A stretch of DNA of 64,000 bases from Candidatus Bathyarchaeota archaeon (GCA_005883075.1 VBAX01000048.1:35475-99474), one strand, 5' to 3'. Shown: positions 1 through 10,143, counted from the first letter of the stretch. Made by a program: numbers and translations. Notes: generated by a model from the sequence alone, not told the origin.

Positions 1-2
1 AC

Positions 3-731
3 TATGCCCATCTGGCGACAATAGGGTCTCTGGAAGTTCCCGGCGAGACGCAAGGACTCAACCTGATCGTCGTGAGCGATGCCAAGGAACGGGGAATGGT
101 TCGGGATTCTGGCAAGGGAGACCTAAAGATTCAGGCTAAGGGCATGAATCTTACCAGAACGCGAGCCTCCAGCATTCTCAACGTTCTCGGCTCGGTCGGA
201 TACTACCGAAACGGCCCTGAGATGGGAATCGAAGCATGTACAACAGGTTTCAGCGACAAAACGATGGAGATGGCAAAGAAGTTCGAGGAAGAGCGAAAAG
301 AGGCCAACCGAAAAATGCTCGCGACGATAAAGAAAGAAGGTCTATCGCAGAAGAAGAATATCCAATGGTTTCACGCCCACGACAATTACAAAGGAATGGG
401 CGGAAAAGTCGTCGGAAGCTTCTGCTCGTACCTACGCTACCAACGAGTCGTCAACCCAGTCAAGTACCTGATCGGAATGATGAACGTTCCACCTGAAATT
501 CCCGGCTGGGGAAAACTATATTCCCCGATGGTGAAAGTCTCGGGAAGAGCCCCTCAGATCCTTACGAGCCTTATTGAGAAGGGAAAGAAACTCTCGCTCT
601 CGAAAATTCTTCCTGAGTCCTGCTCCAAAGTTGGCGGGTTCGGAGACGGACACTCTGTCGCTGCTTCAGGAGTCTTCCCAGTAGGAAAGGAAGAGATGTT
701 CCTTGACGAGATGGATCGACTAGCTGCTTAA
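3..731 (+). CDS. DHH/DHHA1-family phosphoesterase (RecJ/Cdc45-like), C-terminal part; 5' end outside the window
   Basis: Frame is open from base 3 (YAHLATIGSLEVPG...). C-terminal GFGDGHSVAASG resembles the DHHA1 GGGHxxAAG motif. Confidence 0.6.
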   Translation, partial: YAHLATIGSLEVPGETQGLNLIVVSDAKERGMVRDSGKGDLKIQAKGMNLTRTRASSILNVLGSVGYYRNGPEMGIEACTTGFSDKTMEMAKKFEEERKEANRKMLATIKKEGLSQKKNIQWFHAHDNYKGMGGKVVGSFCSYLRYQRVVNPVKYLIGMMNVPPEIPGWGKLYSPMVKVSGRAPQILTSLIEKGKKLSLSKILPESCSKVGGFGDGHSVAASGVFPVGKEEMFLDEMDRLAA

Positions 732-2308
732 GCGTCCTTGACTACTGTCTGGGCCTGTTCATGCATGAACTCTAACAGATAGTATGGTCCACCGACCCCT
801 TTGCCAGTAGCCCCACTTCCTTTCCAGCCGCCGAACGATTGCGAGCCGGGCCAGGCACCCGTGGTAGCCCCGCCTTTTCGGTTCGCGTATGTGACCCCGA
901 AGTCGATGCTCTTGAAGAACTTGTCAACCTCGCTAGGATCGTTGCTGAAGATTCCTGCGGTCAAACCGAACTCTGTGTCGTTCGCTTTCTTCAGCGCCTC
1001 GTCTAGGTTCTTGACCTCGTCCACGACCACGAAAGGCAGGAAGAGTTCTTCCTTCAAGAGGCGATTCTCGGAAGGCAGGCCAGCGACGACTGTTGGTTTG
1101 ACGTAGTATCCTTTTGACAGCTTCTTGTCTTCTGGTGGTCCGCCACCGGCAACTATCTTGCCGCCGTCCTTCTTTGCGAGTTCGAGAAAGCGTTGGTATT
1201 TCTTCACCATCTTCTCGTTGATCACGGGTCCAACGAAGGCGTCCTTGTCCCTCGGATCCCCAACTTTGAGATGATCCACTTTGTCTTTGAGGATTTTGAG
1301 GAAATCGTTCTTTATGCCTCTCTCTACGTAGACTCTTGATGTCGCGCTGCACTTTTGGCCGCTATACCCAAAGGCTCCTCTGACGACTCCTTCAGCCGCC
1401 CTCTCCAGATCAGCGTTCGATGTGATGAGGGCGGGGTTCTTGCTGCCCATCTCAGCTATGAACGGCTTCGGATATGGTTGCTTGTTAACAAAGTCGCGGT
1501 AGAGTTTCATGCCCACGTCTTTCGATCCAGTGAAGGCAATGCCAGCGACGTCCAGGTTCGAAGTGACCTCGTCGCCGAAAGACTCGCCCGGACCAGTTAG
1601 ATAACTCAGTGCCCCGGGGGGTACTCCTGCGTTGATGAGTGTCTCGTAGAGTTTCAGTCCTGAGAAGGGTGCGGCGGTTGTTGGATGAAACACAACCGTA
1701 TTTCCGGTGATGAGTGCGGATGAGATCATGCCTGCGGCAAGGGCGAGTGGAAAGTTGAACGGCGAGATTACTGCCCATACTCCGTAGGGTCGGAGAACGC
1801 TCTTCGAGGTCTCTCCTGGTGCGCCAGGTTGCATAGACTTCACATATCCATCGTTTTGTTCCATAAGGTCGGCGTAGTAGTCTAGCATGTCGATTGCTTC
1901 GCTTGCTTCCGCAACAGCTTCGTACCTGTTCTTGCCTACCTCGTAGGTGATCAGGGATGCTAGCTTGAACCGATCATCCTCCATCAAGTCTGCCGCTCTG
2001 CGGATAATAGCAACTCTCTCTTTCCAAGGCCTCCTGCTCCACTCCGTGAATGCGTCCTTGCCCGCTTCGATGGCCTTGCGAGCGTACTTTGAGTTTCCTT
2101 TCTGGAAATTGCCTAGCAGGATCTTGGTATCCAGAGGACTTCTTACATCAAATTCTCCCTCTCCCGCGAGAACCTTTCGGCCGTCAATGAACATCGGATG
2201 ATGTTTTCCAAACTCAGTCTCAATCTGTTTCAGTGCTGCTTCATATTTCGGATGAATGCTCGGGTCTGCGAGCAGTGTTACGTAGGTTAGCTTGGTTTCC
2301 TGGCTCAA
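728..2308 (-). CDS. rocA: 1-pyrroline-5-carboxylate (glutamate semialdehyde) dehydrogenase, ALDH family
   Basis: ISPFNFP, FTGS, EMGSKN, catalytic GQKCSA, EELFLP, TGA..G.Q.FGG.K.SG motifs. Confidence 0.85.
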   Translation of the reverse strand: MSQETKLTYVTLLADPSIHPKYEAALKQIETEFGKHHPMFIDGRKVLAGEGEFDVRSPLDTKILLGNFQKGNSKYARKAIEAGKDAFTEWSRRPWKERVAIIRRAADLMEDDRFKLASLITYEVGKNRYEAVAEASEAIDMLDYYADLMEQNDGYVKSMQPGAPGETSKSVLRPYGVWAVISPFNFPLALAAGMISSALITGNTVVFHPTTAAPFSGLKLYETLINAGVPPGALSYLTGPGESFGDEVTSNLDVAGIAFTGSKDVGMKLYRDFVNKQPYPKPFIAEMGSKNPALITSNADLERAAEGVVRGAFGYSGQKCSATSRVYVERGIKNDFLKILKDKVDHLKVGDPRDKDAFVGPVINEKMVKKYQRFLELAKKDGGKIVAGGGPPEDKKLSKGYYVKPTVVAGLPSENRLLKEELFLPFVVVDEVKNLDEALKKANDTEFGLTAGIFSNDPSEVDKFFKSIDFGVTYANRKGGATTGAWPGSQSFGGWKGSGATGKGVGGPYYLLEFMHEQAQTVVKDA

Positions 2309-2403
2309 GACGTCTCTGGTGAATAGTCGATCGAGGCTAAAGATAAGACTAGGCTTAGGAATGCCTCACCGTCAAGGACTGTCAAAAAAGTAAATGTCTG
2401 AAA

Positions 2404-2826
2404 TCAGACAGGCACGGAACGCGGGGCTTTCCTGTACGTGATTGCCAAAAGCCCGCCAATTATGCCTAGTATAGATCCTACCCCGGTGAGAGAGTTGCCG
2501 CCTGCAAAGAGCCCGACCACGGAGAAGACTACAATGATTGTCCCCCATGTCGGATACTGGTGGAATCTAAAACTCATCACAACCGCACTCACTAATATGA
2601 GGATTCCAGAGAGGATCAATATGATGGCGGAGATTCGTGCGCTCGCAATGGCGAGGCCGAAATTGGTTGATCGGATGCTATTTCCAACGAAATTGTTGAA
2701 GGTGGCTCCGGAAGCAGTGTATTTGATAATCCCGCTGGTAGAGGCTTTGGCTAATCCACCGATGAAGGTCAGTATTCCAGCGAGTAGCGAAATCGCGTAG
2801 GCGGGAACTCTGTCCTGAGCGGACAC
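2404..2826 (-). CDS. Small multi-pass membrane protein
   Basis: 140 aa with about four Gly-rich hydrophobic helices. Confidence 0.6.
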   Translation of the reverse strand: MSAQDRVPAYAISLLAGILTFIGGLAKASTSGIIKYTASGATFNNFVGNSIRSTNFGLAIASARISAIILILSGILILVSAVVMSFRFHQYPTWGTIIVVFSVVGLFAGGNSLTGVGSILGIIGGLLAITYRKAPRSVPV

Positions 2827-2892
2827 GTTTCGATTCCTTCAATCTGCGTGGGGAGTCAGCTCAGAAATAAGCGTTGCTTGGGTCGCAATAGG

Positions 2893-3141
2893 CTAGGCAG
2901 TTATCTTGGCTCGGAGTCTCTTGGACGCACCGCGCGCCGTTCGGGATCTCCTGGGTGATCCACTGGCGTTTCTGCTTTGGTCCTTGTTCATCCAGTCGGG
3001 GACGATGACGGCTCTGATTAGTTCCTGCATGGTTATGCCTCTTTCCTTTGCGATCTTTCGGAGTTCTCCGTAGACTTGAGGGTCGAGGGATTGCATGAAC
3101 TTGGTCGGCAATACTCTACGCTTCCGGTATACCGGCCGCAT
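2893..3141 (-). CDS. Ribbon-helix-helix (CopG-like) DNA-binding protein with a basic tail
   Basis: KFMQSLDPQVYGELRKIAKERGITMQELIR fits the RHH pattern. Confidence 0.65.
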   Translation of the reverse strand: MRPVYRKRRVLPTKFMQSLDPQVYGELRKIAKERGITMQELIRAVIVPDWMNKDQSRNASGSPRRSRTARGASKRLRAKITA

Positions 3142-3217
3142 CCGTAGGATATAATTGCACCCTTTTGCCTCGGATAGGATCCTGTTCCATCTTTCTATTT
3201 CCTGGGTCTATTGAAGC

Positions 3218-3832
3218 TCACTGCTTTGCGACCGGGAGTAGCTCAACCAGGGAACGTAGAGGAACTCCTTCGATATTCTCTTTCCCGCTCTTGTTCGCAA
3301 GAACGACAACTCCGACAGCCTTGGCTTTGACTCCAGTAAGAGTCTCGATAACCGCCCTAATCGTCTCCCCCATCCGGAGTATTGTGTCGACAATCAGAAC
3401 CTTCTTGCCTTCGACTCTTGAGAAGCTAGGGTTCACTGCCCCAGCCACTTTCTTCTCCCCGAGCCTCTGAGGTCGTACGGAGGCGATGGGTTTGTTCAAT
3501 GACCTTGCGACGATGAGTCCGAGGGCCATTCCGCCGCTCTCGATTCCCGCAACAACTTCAGGTTCCTCCATTAGTCCGGCTTCTATCGCTTCGCGGACCA
3601 TGTCTGCCATTGCACGCCCGACAAGGGTTAGGCGTCGAACGCTCGATCCTATCGGGTTCCAGTTAACATAGACATCGTAAGCCTCCTTTGTCTTGACTCC
3701 GTCCTTGCCGTGGAGCAGGAGCCAGACAACAGTGTCTGCTTGAACCTTCAACTCATCAGCAATCTCGTACGTAGACATGCCGCGTTCCTTTAGCTCGCGC
3801 GCGCTCTTGGAGAGCTCTTCTAGTGATCTCAC
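3218..3832 (-). CDS. gfcR: HTH + PRTase (orotate phosphoribosyltransferase-like) transcriptional regulator, GfcR family
   Basis: N-terminal ARELKERGMSTYEIADEL HTH, then a PRTase fold (GIESGG, VLIVDTILRMGET) with a degenerate PRPP loop. Confidence 0.75.
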   Translation of the reverse strand: MRSLEELSKSARELKERGMSTYEIADELKVQADTVVWLLLHGKDGVKTKEAYDVYVNWNPIGSSVRRLTLVGRAMADMVREAIEAGLMEEPEVVAGIESGGMALGLIVARSLNKPIASVRPQRLGEKKVAGAVNPSFSRVEGKKVLIVDTILRMGETIRAVIETLTGVKAKAVGVVVLANKSGKENIEGVPLRSLVELLPVAKQ

Positions 3833-3953
3833 GTCTTACCGACCCGTGCTATTGGAGGTCCTTGAACCTAGTTATAACTTGTCAGATGTTCTCTCGCGAA
3901 ATTGGCAGGGTTTCTTACCCTAAGATTATAATTCGATCAAAGGGACTGCGAGA

Positions 3954-5156
3954 ATGACTAATTTGAGAAAATTCCAGGTGGCCAGCGAGGACGAGATCAA
4001 GAAAGCGGAAACAACCGACGTTTACTTCACACGCACAAAAGAGATTCTTGAAAAAGAAGGACTATCCGATCTTCATGTAACCGCCGAGATAACGACGGGC
4101 TCTCTTCCAAGGAACTGGGAATGGGGCATACTTTCTGGAGTGGAGGAAGCCGCTTGCCTCTTGGAAGGCGTACCGATCGATGTTCATTCTTTTCCGGAAG
4201 GAACTCTGTTTCATCCAAGTGACGTGGACGGGGTGCGAGAGCCCGTTGTGGTACTTGAGGGCCGATACTTGGATTTCTGTCTCTACGAGACTCCGCTGCT
4301 CGGGCTTCTCTGCCAGGCGTCAGGAATAACGACAATGGCGGCGCGTGTGAGGAAAGCGGCTGGCAAGAAAACTCTCCTCTCCTTTGGGATCCGCAGAGCT
4401 CATCCGGCTCTCGCTCCTATGATCGACCGATCGTGCTACATCGGCGGATTCGATGAGGTCTCCAGCATAATTGGCGCGAAGCGTCTCGGAAAAGATCCGG
4501 CAGGCACAATGCCACACTCGCTGATAATTGCGATGGGAGACCAGGTCAAAGCTTGGAAGAGCTTCAACAAACACATGCCGAAAAAGGTGCCGAGAATCGC
4601 TCTGGTCGATACATACTACGATGAGAAGACGGAATCCATCTTAGCTGCTGAAGCGCTTGGTAAGGATCTGTACGGGGTCCGGCTGGACACGCCCAGCTCA
4701 AGACGGGGCAATTTCGCCGAGATCATTCGAGAGGTAAGATGGGAGCTGGACTCGAGAGGATACAACCACGTGAAGATTTTCGTCTCAGGCGGACTCAACG
4801 ATGAAACGGTCACCGGATTATCGATGGCCGGAGCGGATGGGTTCGGGGTTGGAACCTCGGTCAGCAACGCCCCGAGTATCGACTTCGCCTTAGACATTGT
4901 GGAGGCTGACGGGAAGCCTGTGGCGAAGAGAGGGAAGCTAGGCGGAAGGAAAATGGTCTGGAGATGCAACGACTGCCTGAAAGAGAAGGTAACCGGTGCG
5001 ACCGTGACCTCGTCCAACTGCCCGAACTGCGGAAAAGAAATGGGAAAGTTGCTTGTGCCACTCATTTCTAAAAGACGATTATCAAAGGCGCTTCCATCCG
5101 CAGATGCTATTCGGGAGAGGGTGCTTGGCCAGCTTAATCGATTAAGCGGTTCCTAG
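3954..5156 (+). CDS. pncB: Nicotinate phosphoribosyltransferase
   Basis: TDVYF, SFGIRR, GTMPHS, LVDTY, GVRLDT, SGGL, GVGT motifs; C-terminal CxxC..CxxC. Confidence 0.9.
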   Translation: MTNLRKFQVASEDEIKKAETTDVYFTRTKEILEKEGLSDLHVTAEITTGSLPRNWEWGILSGVEEAACLLEGVPIDVHSFPEGTLFHPSDVDGVREPVVVLEGRYLDFCLYETPLLGLLCQASGITTMAARVRKAAGKKTLLSFGIRRAHPALAPMIDRSCYIGGFDEVSSIIGAKRLGKDPAGTMPHSLIIAMGDQVKAWKSFNKHMPKKVPRIALVDTYYDEKTESILAAEALGKDLYGVRLDTPSSRRGNFAEIIREVRWELDSRGYNHVKIFVSGGLNDETVTGLSMAGADGFGVGTSVSNAPSIDFALDIVEADGKPVAKRGKLGGRKMVWRCNDCLKEKVTGATVTSSNCPNCGKEMGKLLVPLISKRRLSKALPSADAIRERVLGQLNRLSGS

Positions 5157-5468
5157 ATGAAGGGATTCGCGTCCCGCTCCTCACTCGTTCGTGAAGAAGG
5201 ATACAACTTTCAGCCGGTCAATCAGGAACTCTCGTTTATGTGACGCGAGGGGCGGTCACTAAGACCCCCTATTTTCTAGAACGATTGCCGTCTGGCATTG
5301 ATAATGGGCGAGAGAGGCTGATCAAAGCACAATCCAAGCTTGGATCGGTTGGGAATTATCACCGCTTCCAAGCGTGGAATACGCCTAGTTCCAAACGTGC
5401 CAAAAGAGGTGCCTGTTCAAATCTTGAATCAGGGCTGAGGATAGGCGATTCTCCTTTTGTCAGCGCAC

Positions 5469-5476
5469 CTTTAACC
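5469..5476 (+). promoter_or_regulatory. Putative TATA-box variant CTTTAACC
   Basis: The same 8-mer lies 33, 49 and 33 nt upstream of three + strand starts (5469, 7562, 31915). Confidence 0.4.
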
Positions 5477-5508
5477 TCAAGACAGGGAAAACCCAACTGG
5501 ACAGATCC

Positions 5509-6468
5509 ATGAACCACGCCCATCTGCCAGCTCTTGACGATATTCTCGCGGCCAATAAGCGAATCGAAGGTGTTGCAACGAAGACCCCGCTGGTCGAGTC
5601 GCCATCACTCTCGAAAAGATTTGGTCGCCACGTTTACTTGAAGCTCGAATGCTTCCAACCCATACGGGTTTTCAAGATTCGAGGAGCTTACAACAAGATA
5701 TCACAATTATCATCCAAGAACATCGTCGCCGTCTCCTCCGGGAACCATGGAATGGCGGTAGCCTACAGTTCGCGACTCCTCGGAAAGAAATGCACCGTGA
5801 TATTGCCTGAGACAGCGGTCCAAGAGAAAGTCAACACTATCATCGAGTACGGCGCTGAAGCGATCAAGTACGGCAAATACACGACTGATCGTGACGCGAA
5901 GGCCAAGGAAATAGTCACCAAGACCGGAGCGACACTCGTCCACCCATTCAACGACCCCGACATAATCGCCGGACAAGGAACCTGCGGGCTAGAGATAGCA
6001 AATCAACTGGACGACTTCGATTCGGTAATCGTCCCCGTCGGCGGAGGAGGTCTCATATCAGGCGTCTCGATCGCGATCAAATCGCTAAAGCCAAAAGCGA
6101 AAGTCTACGGAGTTGAACCGCAGGGAGCACCGAAACTCCAAGCGGCGCTGAAGGCTGGCAAGATTGTCACATTCGACTCGCCGAAATCGATTGCAGACGG
6201 GCTCATCCCGTCAGCGGTAGGAGAACTGACCCTTGAAGTGTGTAGGAGGTATGTCGACGGCGTCTACAGTGTTTCAGACGACGAGATTCTTGCGGCAATG
6301 AAACTATTGGTTCGTGAAGCCCACATCTTCCCCGAGCCGTCTGGAGCGGCACCAGCCGCTGTTCTACTGGCAAACAGGGATCTGGAGAAAATTGGGGAGA
6401 AAGTTGTTCTAGTCATATCGGGGGGTAACGTGTCATTGGATCTTCTTGCCAATACAATTGCTGGATGA
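5509..6468 (+). CDS. PLP-dependent threonine/serine dehydratase (no ACT domain)
   Basis: LKLE..Q...FKIRGA, SSGNHG, PVGGGGL, EPSGA, SGGN motifs. Confidence 0.88.
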   Translation: MNHAHLPALDDILAANKRIEGVATKTPLVESPSLSKRFGRHVYLKLECFQPIRVFKIRGAYNKISQLSSKNIVAVSSGNHGMAVAYSSRLLGKKCTVILPETAVQEKVNTIIEYGAEAIKYGKYTTDRDAKAKEIVTKTGATLVHPFNDPDIIAGQGTCGLEIANQLDDFDSVIVPVGGGGLISGVSIAIKSLKPKAKVYGVEPQGAPKLQAALKAGKIVTFDSPKSIADGLIPSAVGELTLEVCRRYVDGVYSVSDDEILAAMKLLVREAHIFPEPSGAAPAAVLLANRDLEKIGEKVVLVISGGNVSLDLLANTIAG

Positions 6469-6478
6469 TGATCCGAAT

Positions 6479-7495
6479 CTAGTATTCTTGCCTGTCAGTG
6501 ACGAGGTATTCCGCCGGGTTTACGATGTTCTTCGGCTTGAGGCCGCGGAGGAAACGGGTCACATTATCAACAGCGAACTTCGCCGGTTTTCCAGTTGCTA
6601 GACCTGATGGGCCCGACACGTGAGGGGTTCCGATGAAGTTCGACAATTCGAAGAAGGGATGGGCGGTCTTAAGAGACTCCTTTCCGTCTCGATACCACCA
6701 AACATCAGTCGCGTATCGAAAGTCCGAGTTCGTTTTCAGGTGCTCGTAGAGCGCAGCTTCGTCCACGAGCTCTCCACGCGCTATGTTCACAAGTATCGCG
6801 TCTTTCTTCATCGTGGCAAGTTTGTCAGCACTAACTATCTTGTTGGTGAACTTTGTCAGCGGAAGCGAGATAATGACTGCGTCGCTCTCCGCAAGGACCC
6901 TCGACAGTCCTTTGTCTCCCTGAAACGATTTGACGCCTTTCTCTCGAATCGGCTTTCGAGAGAACGCATGGATGTTCACCCTGAACCTCTTACCTATTCG
7001 TGCAAAGGCAGACCCTATGCCGCCGTATCCAAGAATGCCAATCGTCTTTTCCTCCAGAATGGTTACTTCTTTCCCGCCTAATGTTCGTCTCAAAGTCCAT
7101 TGACCAGTCTTGACTGCGCTATGAAAGTCAACTATCCTTTTAGCGGCCGATAGCAACAAAGACCAGGCGTACTCGGCAACCTCGTCAGAATAGGCGCCCG
7201 CATTACTACAAACAATCACCTTCTTGTCGAGCTGGGCGAAGGGGATGTGGTTGACGCCGGCGAGGATGCTCTGAATAAGTCGCAGATTACTCATCCTCGA
7301 CAGGTTTTCAGGGGTCAGGAGGCTGGGCCAAAAGAACACGAGAAGGATGTCTATCGACGGTAAGAGTTGGATAAGCGATGCCTCGTCGAGGGTGGTCGAC
7401 GTGAAAACTCTTCCAAACTTGGAAAGCGCCTGAATGCTGCCTTGGTCAACGACATCAGTAGTAATCAACAGGTTTGGCTTCGGCAAAGGCTTCAC
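6479..7495 (-). CDS. D-isomer-specific 2-hydroxyacid dehydrogenase
   Basis: GYGGIG Rossmann motif, NIARG, DVWW, TPHVSG. Confidence 0.88.
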   Translation of the reverse strand: MKPLPKPNLLITTDVVDQGSIQALSKFGRVFTSTTLDEASLIQLLPSIDILLVFFWPSLLTPENLSRMSNLRLIQSILAGVNHIPFAQLDKKVIVCSNAGAYSDEVAEYAWSLLLSAAKRIVDFHSAVKTGQWTLRRTLGGKEVTILEEKTIGILGYGGIGSAFARIGKRFRVNIHAFSRKPIREKGVKSFQGDKGLSRVLAESDAVIISLPLTKFTNKIVSADKLATMKKDAILVNIARGELVDEAALYEHLKTNSDFRYATDVWWYRDGKESLKTAHPFFELSNFIGTPHVSGPSGLATGKPAKFAVDNVTRFLRGLKPKNIVNPAEYLVTDRQEY

Positions 7496-7561
7496 TCAAT
7501 CTCAGTTCTCAATTTACCCGATTCTCGTCTGGTTTGATGTCGGCAAACAGAACTAGTTCAG

Positions 7562-7569
7562 CTTTAACC
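7562..7569 (+). promoter_or_regulatory. Putative TATA-box variant CTTTAACC
   Basis: Recurrent motif, here upstream of the 7618 start. Confidence 0.35.
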
Positions 7570-7617
7570 ATAAGTGTTAGAGAAACGGAGCGCGTAATGG
7601 AGCGTTAAGCCCTGACG

Positions 7618-8427
7618 ATGGAGCAGACCCCAGCGCTGGCAATCCTAGAAGATCTCGTTCCCAATGGAATCAGATTCGGAGCAAGCTATCTCGTAGAGTT
7701 CGGTCCAGACTCGCCGTGGTACGAAACATCGCTCACAATAGCCGCCAGCGGGTTGAGAAACGGGGCCCGCACGGAGTATCATACCTACATGCATCCACCC
7801 CACGAAGTTCGAGAATCTCTAACCAAACTTGGACTAAACGTGAAAGAGTTGGAGCGGAAAGACCATCTCAGAATACTGGACACTTATGATGTGATGACCG
7901 GGCTCGCACACCCAGAAACGCCCGAGGGGATGCGATCGAAGGGGCGGAAGGCTTACGAACACCAGTCCTTCGATCTCAATCATTGGAGCAGCAAAGTAGT
8001 CAACATAATTCGAGAGGGAGTTGCTGAGGACGAGAAACAGTGGCTGCACATTGACGACAACACCTCCGTGATGTGTCATTACACAGATGAGAAGCTCATG
8101 GTCGATATCTGGAGGACGAGGATCATTCCCTACGCGAAGATTCGAGGTCTAGCAATGTTTCACTCAGTAATGATGGGAATCGCGTCTGACTCTTTCTACA
8201 AACAATTCGAGTCGCTCTGCGATGGCATCATAGAATTCCGAAGCAGCGAAGAAGGAGGACAAGTCGAGCACTTTGCAAGAGTAAGAACTCTGCGGGGAAC
8301 GTCCAGTGACAACAGATGGCGACAGCTTCAACTTCACAATGATGGCTCAGTCACAATCGATTCCGGTGGCAAGACCAGGGAACTTGGAATCGGAGGCTGG
8401 CTCAAGGGTCCTAAGAAATCGCGATAG
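7618..8427 (+). CDS. Degenerate KaiC/RAD55-like RecA-fold protein (Walker A lost)
   Basis: LEDLVPNGI...LVEF, LRILD, DGIIEF...RVRTLRG follow the KaiC domain layout, but the P-loop reads GPDSPWYE. Confidence 0.65.
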   Translation: MEQTPALAILEDLVPNGIRFGASYLVEFGPDSPWYETSLTIAASGLRNGARTEYHTYMHPPHEVRESLTKLGLNVKELERKDHLRILDTYDVMTGLAHPETPEGMRSKGRKAYEHQSFDLNHWSSKVVNIIREGVAEDEKQWLHIDDNTSVMCHYTDEKLMVDIWRTRIIPYAKIRGLAMFHSVMMGIASDSFYKQFESLCDGIIEFRSSEEGGQVEHFARVRTLRGTSSDNRWRQLQLHNDGSVTIDSGGKTRELGIGGWLKGPKKSR

Positions 8428-8432
8428 GCAAG

Positions 8433-9971
8433 TCAAGATTTCGCCCTAGATGCCCAGAGAAACTTTCGCTGGAGAGTTTTAGGATAGATGCCCTTCCAGT
8501 CGAATTCTGCTCTGTTCGACCAGCTCTTGTAGACCCTTGGGTCGATATAGTTTCTAAGAGACGTGTTCAGATTGTAATCTCGAGTCCGTTTCTGGAGGTC
8601 GACGTCGAGCTTCAGTTTTCGTATGCGTTCTTCCAGCCTCATCTTTTGCTTGTCCGTTTTGACTTCCTTTGTCTTTAGCTCGTCCAATCGTTGTTGTTTT
8701 TTGAGGAGGGTTCCCTCCCAGGTCTTCGGTGGGGTGCGTTTGTGATTGCATCTGATCGCTGCCTCAAGATTCGCGACACGCGCGTGATGCAATTTGACGA
8801 ACGGTGATTCCCCAGGCTTGAACCCATTATGTTTCCGCAGGTAGGTCTGAACTGTTTCAGTGGCATGGTGCGTTCTGAACACCTTCGCTGTCAGGCCTCT
8901 CACTGCCTTGTTTAGGAAACGATTCACATGCTGGGAGGTAATTCCATCAAAGACCAGATCATCGGGCCCCTTTCCCTGCGAGAATTCTTGGAGGTTATTG
9001 CGAATAGGGTTATTCGTGCCATCAACCTTCAGGGTTTTCTGCCAGCGAACGCTGTCCTTTCCTAGAAAGTCGAACTCAACCGCATGCGGAAGAAATCTGA
9101 GGTGCTCAACTCTCAGGGTTGAAGCGCCCACCGTGTCTGCCTCATCCTCATCCTTCTCGTCGCCTACTCTCATAGCCAAATTGTCTATGAGATAGGAGAC
9201 CGTCGCGAGCTTGCGCGTTTTCAAGTCCGGAGAGAGAAGATTCTTGTCGATGAACTGCCGAACGTCCGGGAGACGTCGTCGCAGTTTCCGGGCAGCATCA
9301 TATTTCAGCTTGTCTCGTTCTTGGCGAAGATCCGAGATGTCACTTGGCCAGACGTACTTGCGCACATTGCTGAGCTTGTCCACCCAGTAAGCTATCCAGA
9401 TGGACTCGTGATCGTGGACAATCTCTCTCCAGTTGCCCGCGGGAGCTTCAACGTTCTCGGATAGGTTGAGAACAACATCTCCGGGATGGATTCTTGGCTT
9501 CCAACGTCCCCTCATTGGATGGCTGCCTCTTCCCATGAAGAGACTGGGAGGCTCCACCATCCAGTTGGCGATCTCAGTCTTGACTCCATCGATCTCTGCG
9601 AACCCATACTTCTCCTTCAGCGATAGGCGAAGTTGCTTTCGCTCAGTAGCGATTTTCTTCTTGAAGTCAAGATTCTGTCTCTGAAGTTCCTCCTTTGTCT
9701 GATACTCATAGACTGGAGAGAAGTCGATCTCAGCATACTTTGCGTGAGCAAAGTTTGCCGGCAAGAGTTTGAGAAAGTCTGAGAGAAAGTTTGCCTGGAA
9801 AACTGGGTCTTCAACGTAGGGGGTGGTTCGCTTCTTTCCCCACGCGTACGCTAACTCCTCAGCATCAGGAGAGAGTTGGACAACGGTCCCGCGAATTCGG
9901 ATAGAGAGTCTCCTAGGCTCGTAAGGTGGCGGAAACGCCACGCCGCTGTGCCTCAACTCTTTCCACACCAA
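8433..9971 (-). CDS. DNA topoisomerase IB, large (eukaryote-like) type
   Basis: HSGVAFPPPY, EPPSLFMGRGSHP, MRVGDEK, FLGKDS, KVFRT, CNHK and catalytic SLRNYIDPR. Confidence 0.93.
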   Translation of the reverse strand: MVWKELRHSGVAFPPPYEPRRLSIRIRGTVVQLSPDAEELAYAWGKKRTTPYVEDPVFQANFLSDFLKLLPANFAHAKYAEIDFSPVYEYQTKEELQRQNLDFKKKIATERKQLRLSLKEKYGFAEIDGVKTEIANWMVEPPSLFMGRGSHPMRGRWKPRIHPGDVVLNLSENVEAPAGNWREIVHDHESIWIAYWVDKLSNVRKYVWPSDISDLRQERDKLKYDAARKLRRRLPDVRQFIDKNLLSPDLKTRKLATVSYLIDNLAMRVGDEKDEDEADTVGASTLRVEHLRFLPHAVEFDFLGKDSVRWQKTLKVDGTNNPIRNNLQEFSQGKGPDDLVFDGITSQHVNRFLNKAVRGLTAKVFRTHHATETVQTYLRKHNGFKPGESPFVKLHHARVANLEAAIRCNHKRTPPKTWEGTLLKKQQRLDELKTKEVKTDKQKMRLEERIRKLKLDVDLQKRTRDYNLNTSLRNYIDPRVYKSWSNRAEFDWKGIYPKTLQRKFLWASRAKS

Positions 9972-10143
9972 GACAGTTCCTCTCTACTGTTCACTCGTTA
10001 CCAGTATGAATAGCTCGAGTCCGTACTTCCATCCTCACTAACCGTCCAAAGTTGTAAATTAGGATTTTTCTTAAAAGCCTGTTAGAAATCACAAAATACC
10101 GGGATAGACTAAAGAAGGCGAGAACGATGAGGTCTAGGTCAGG

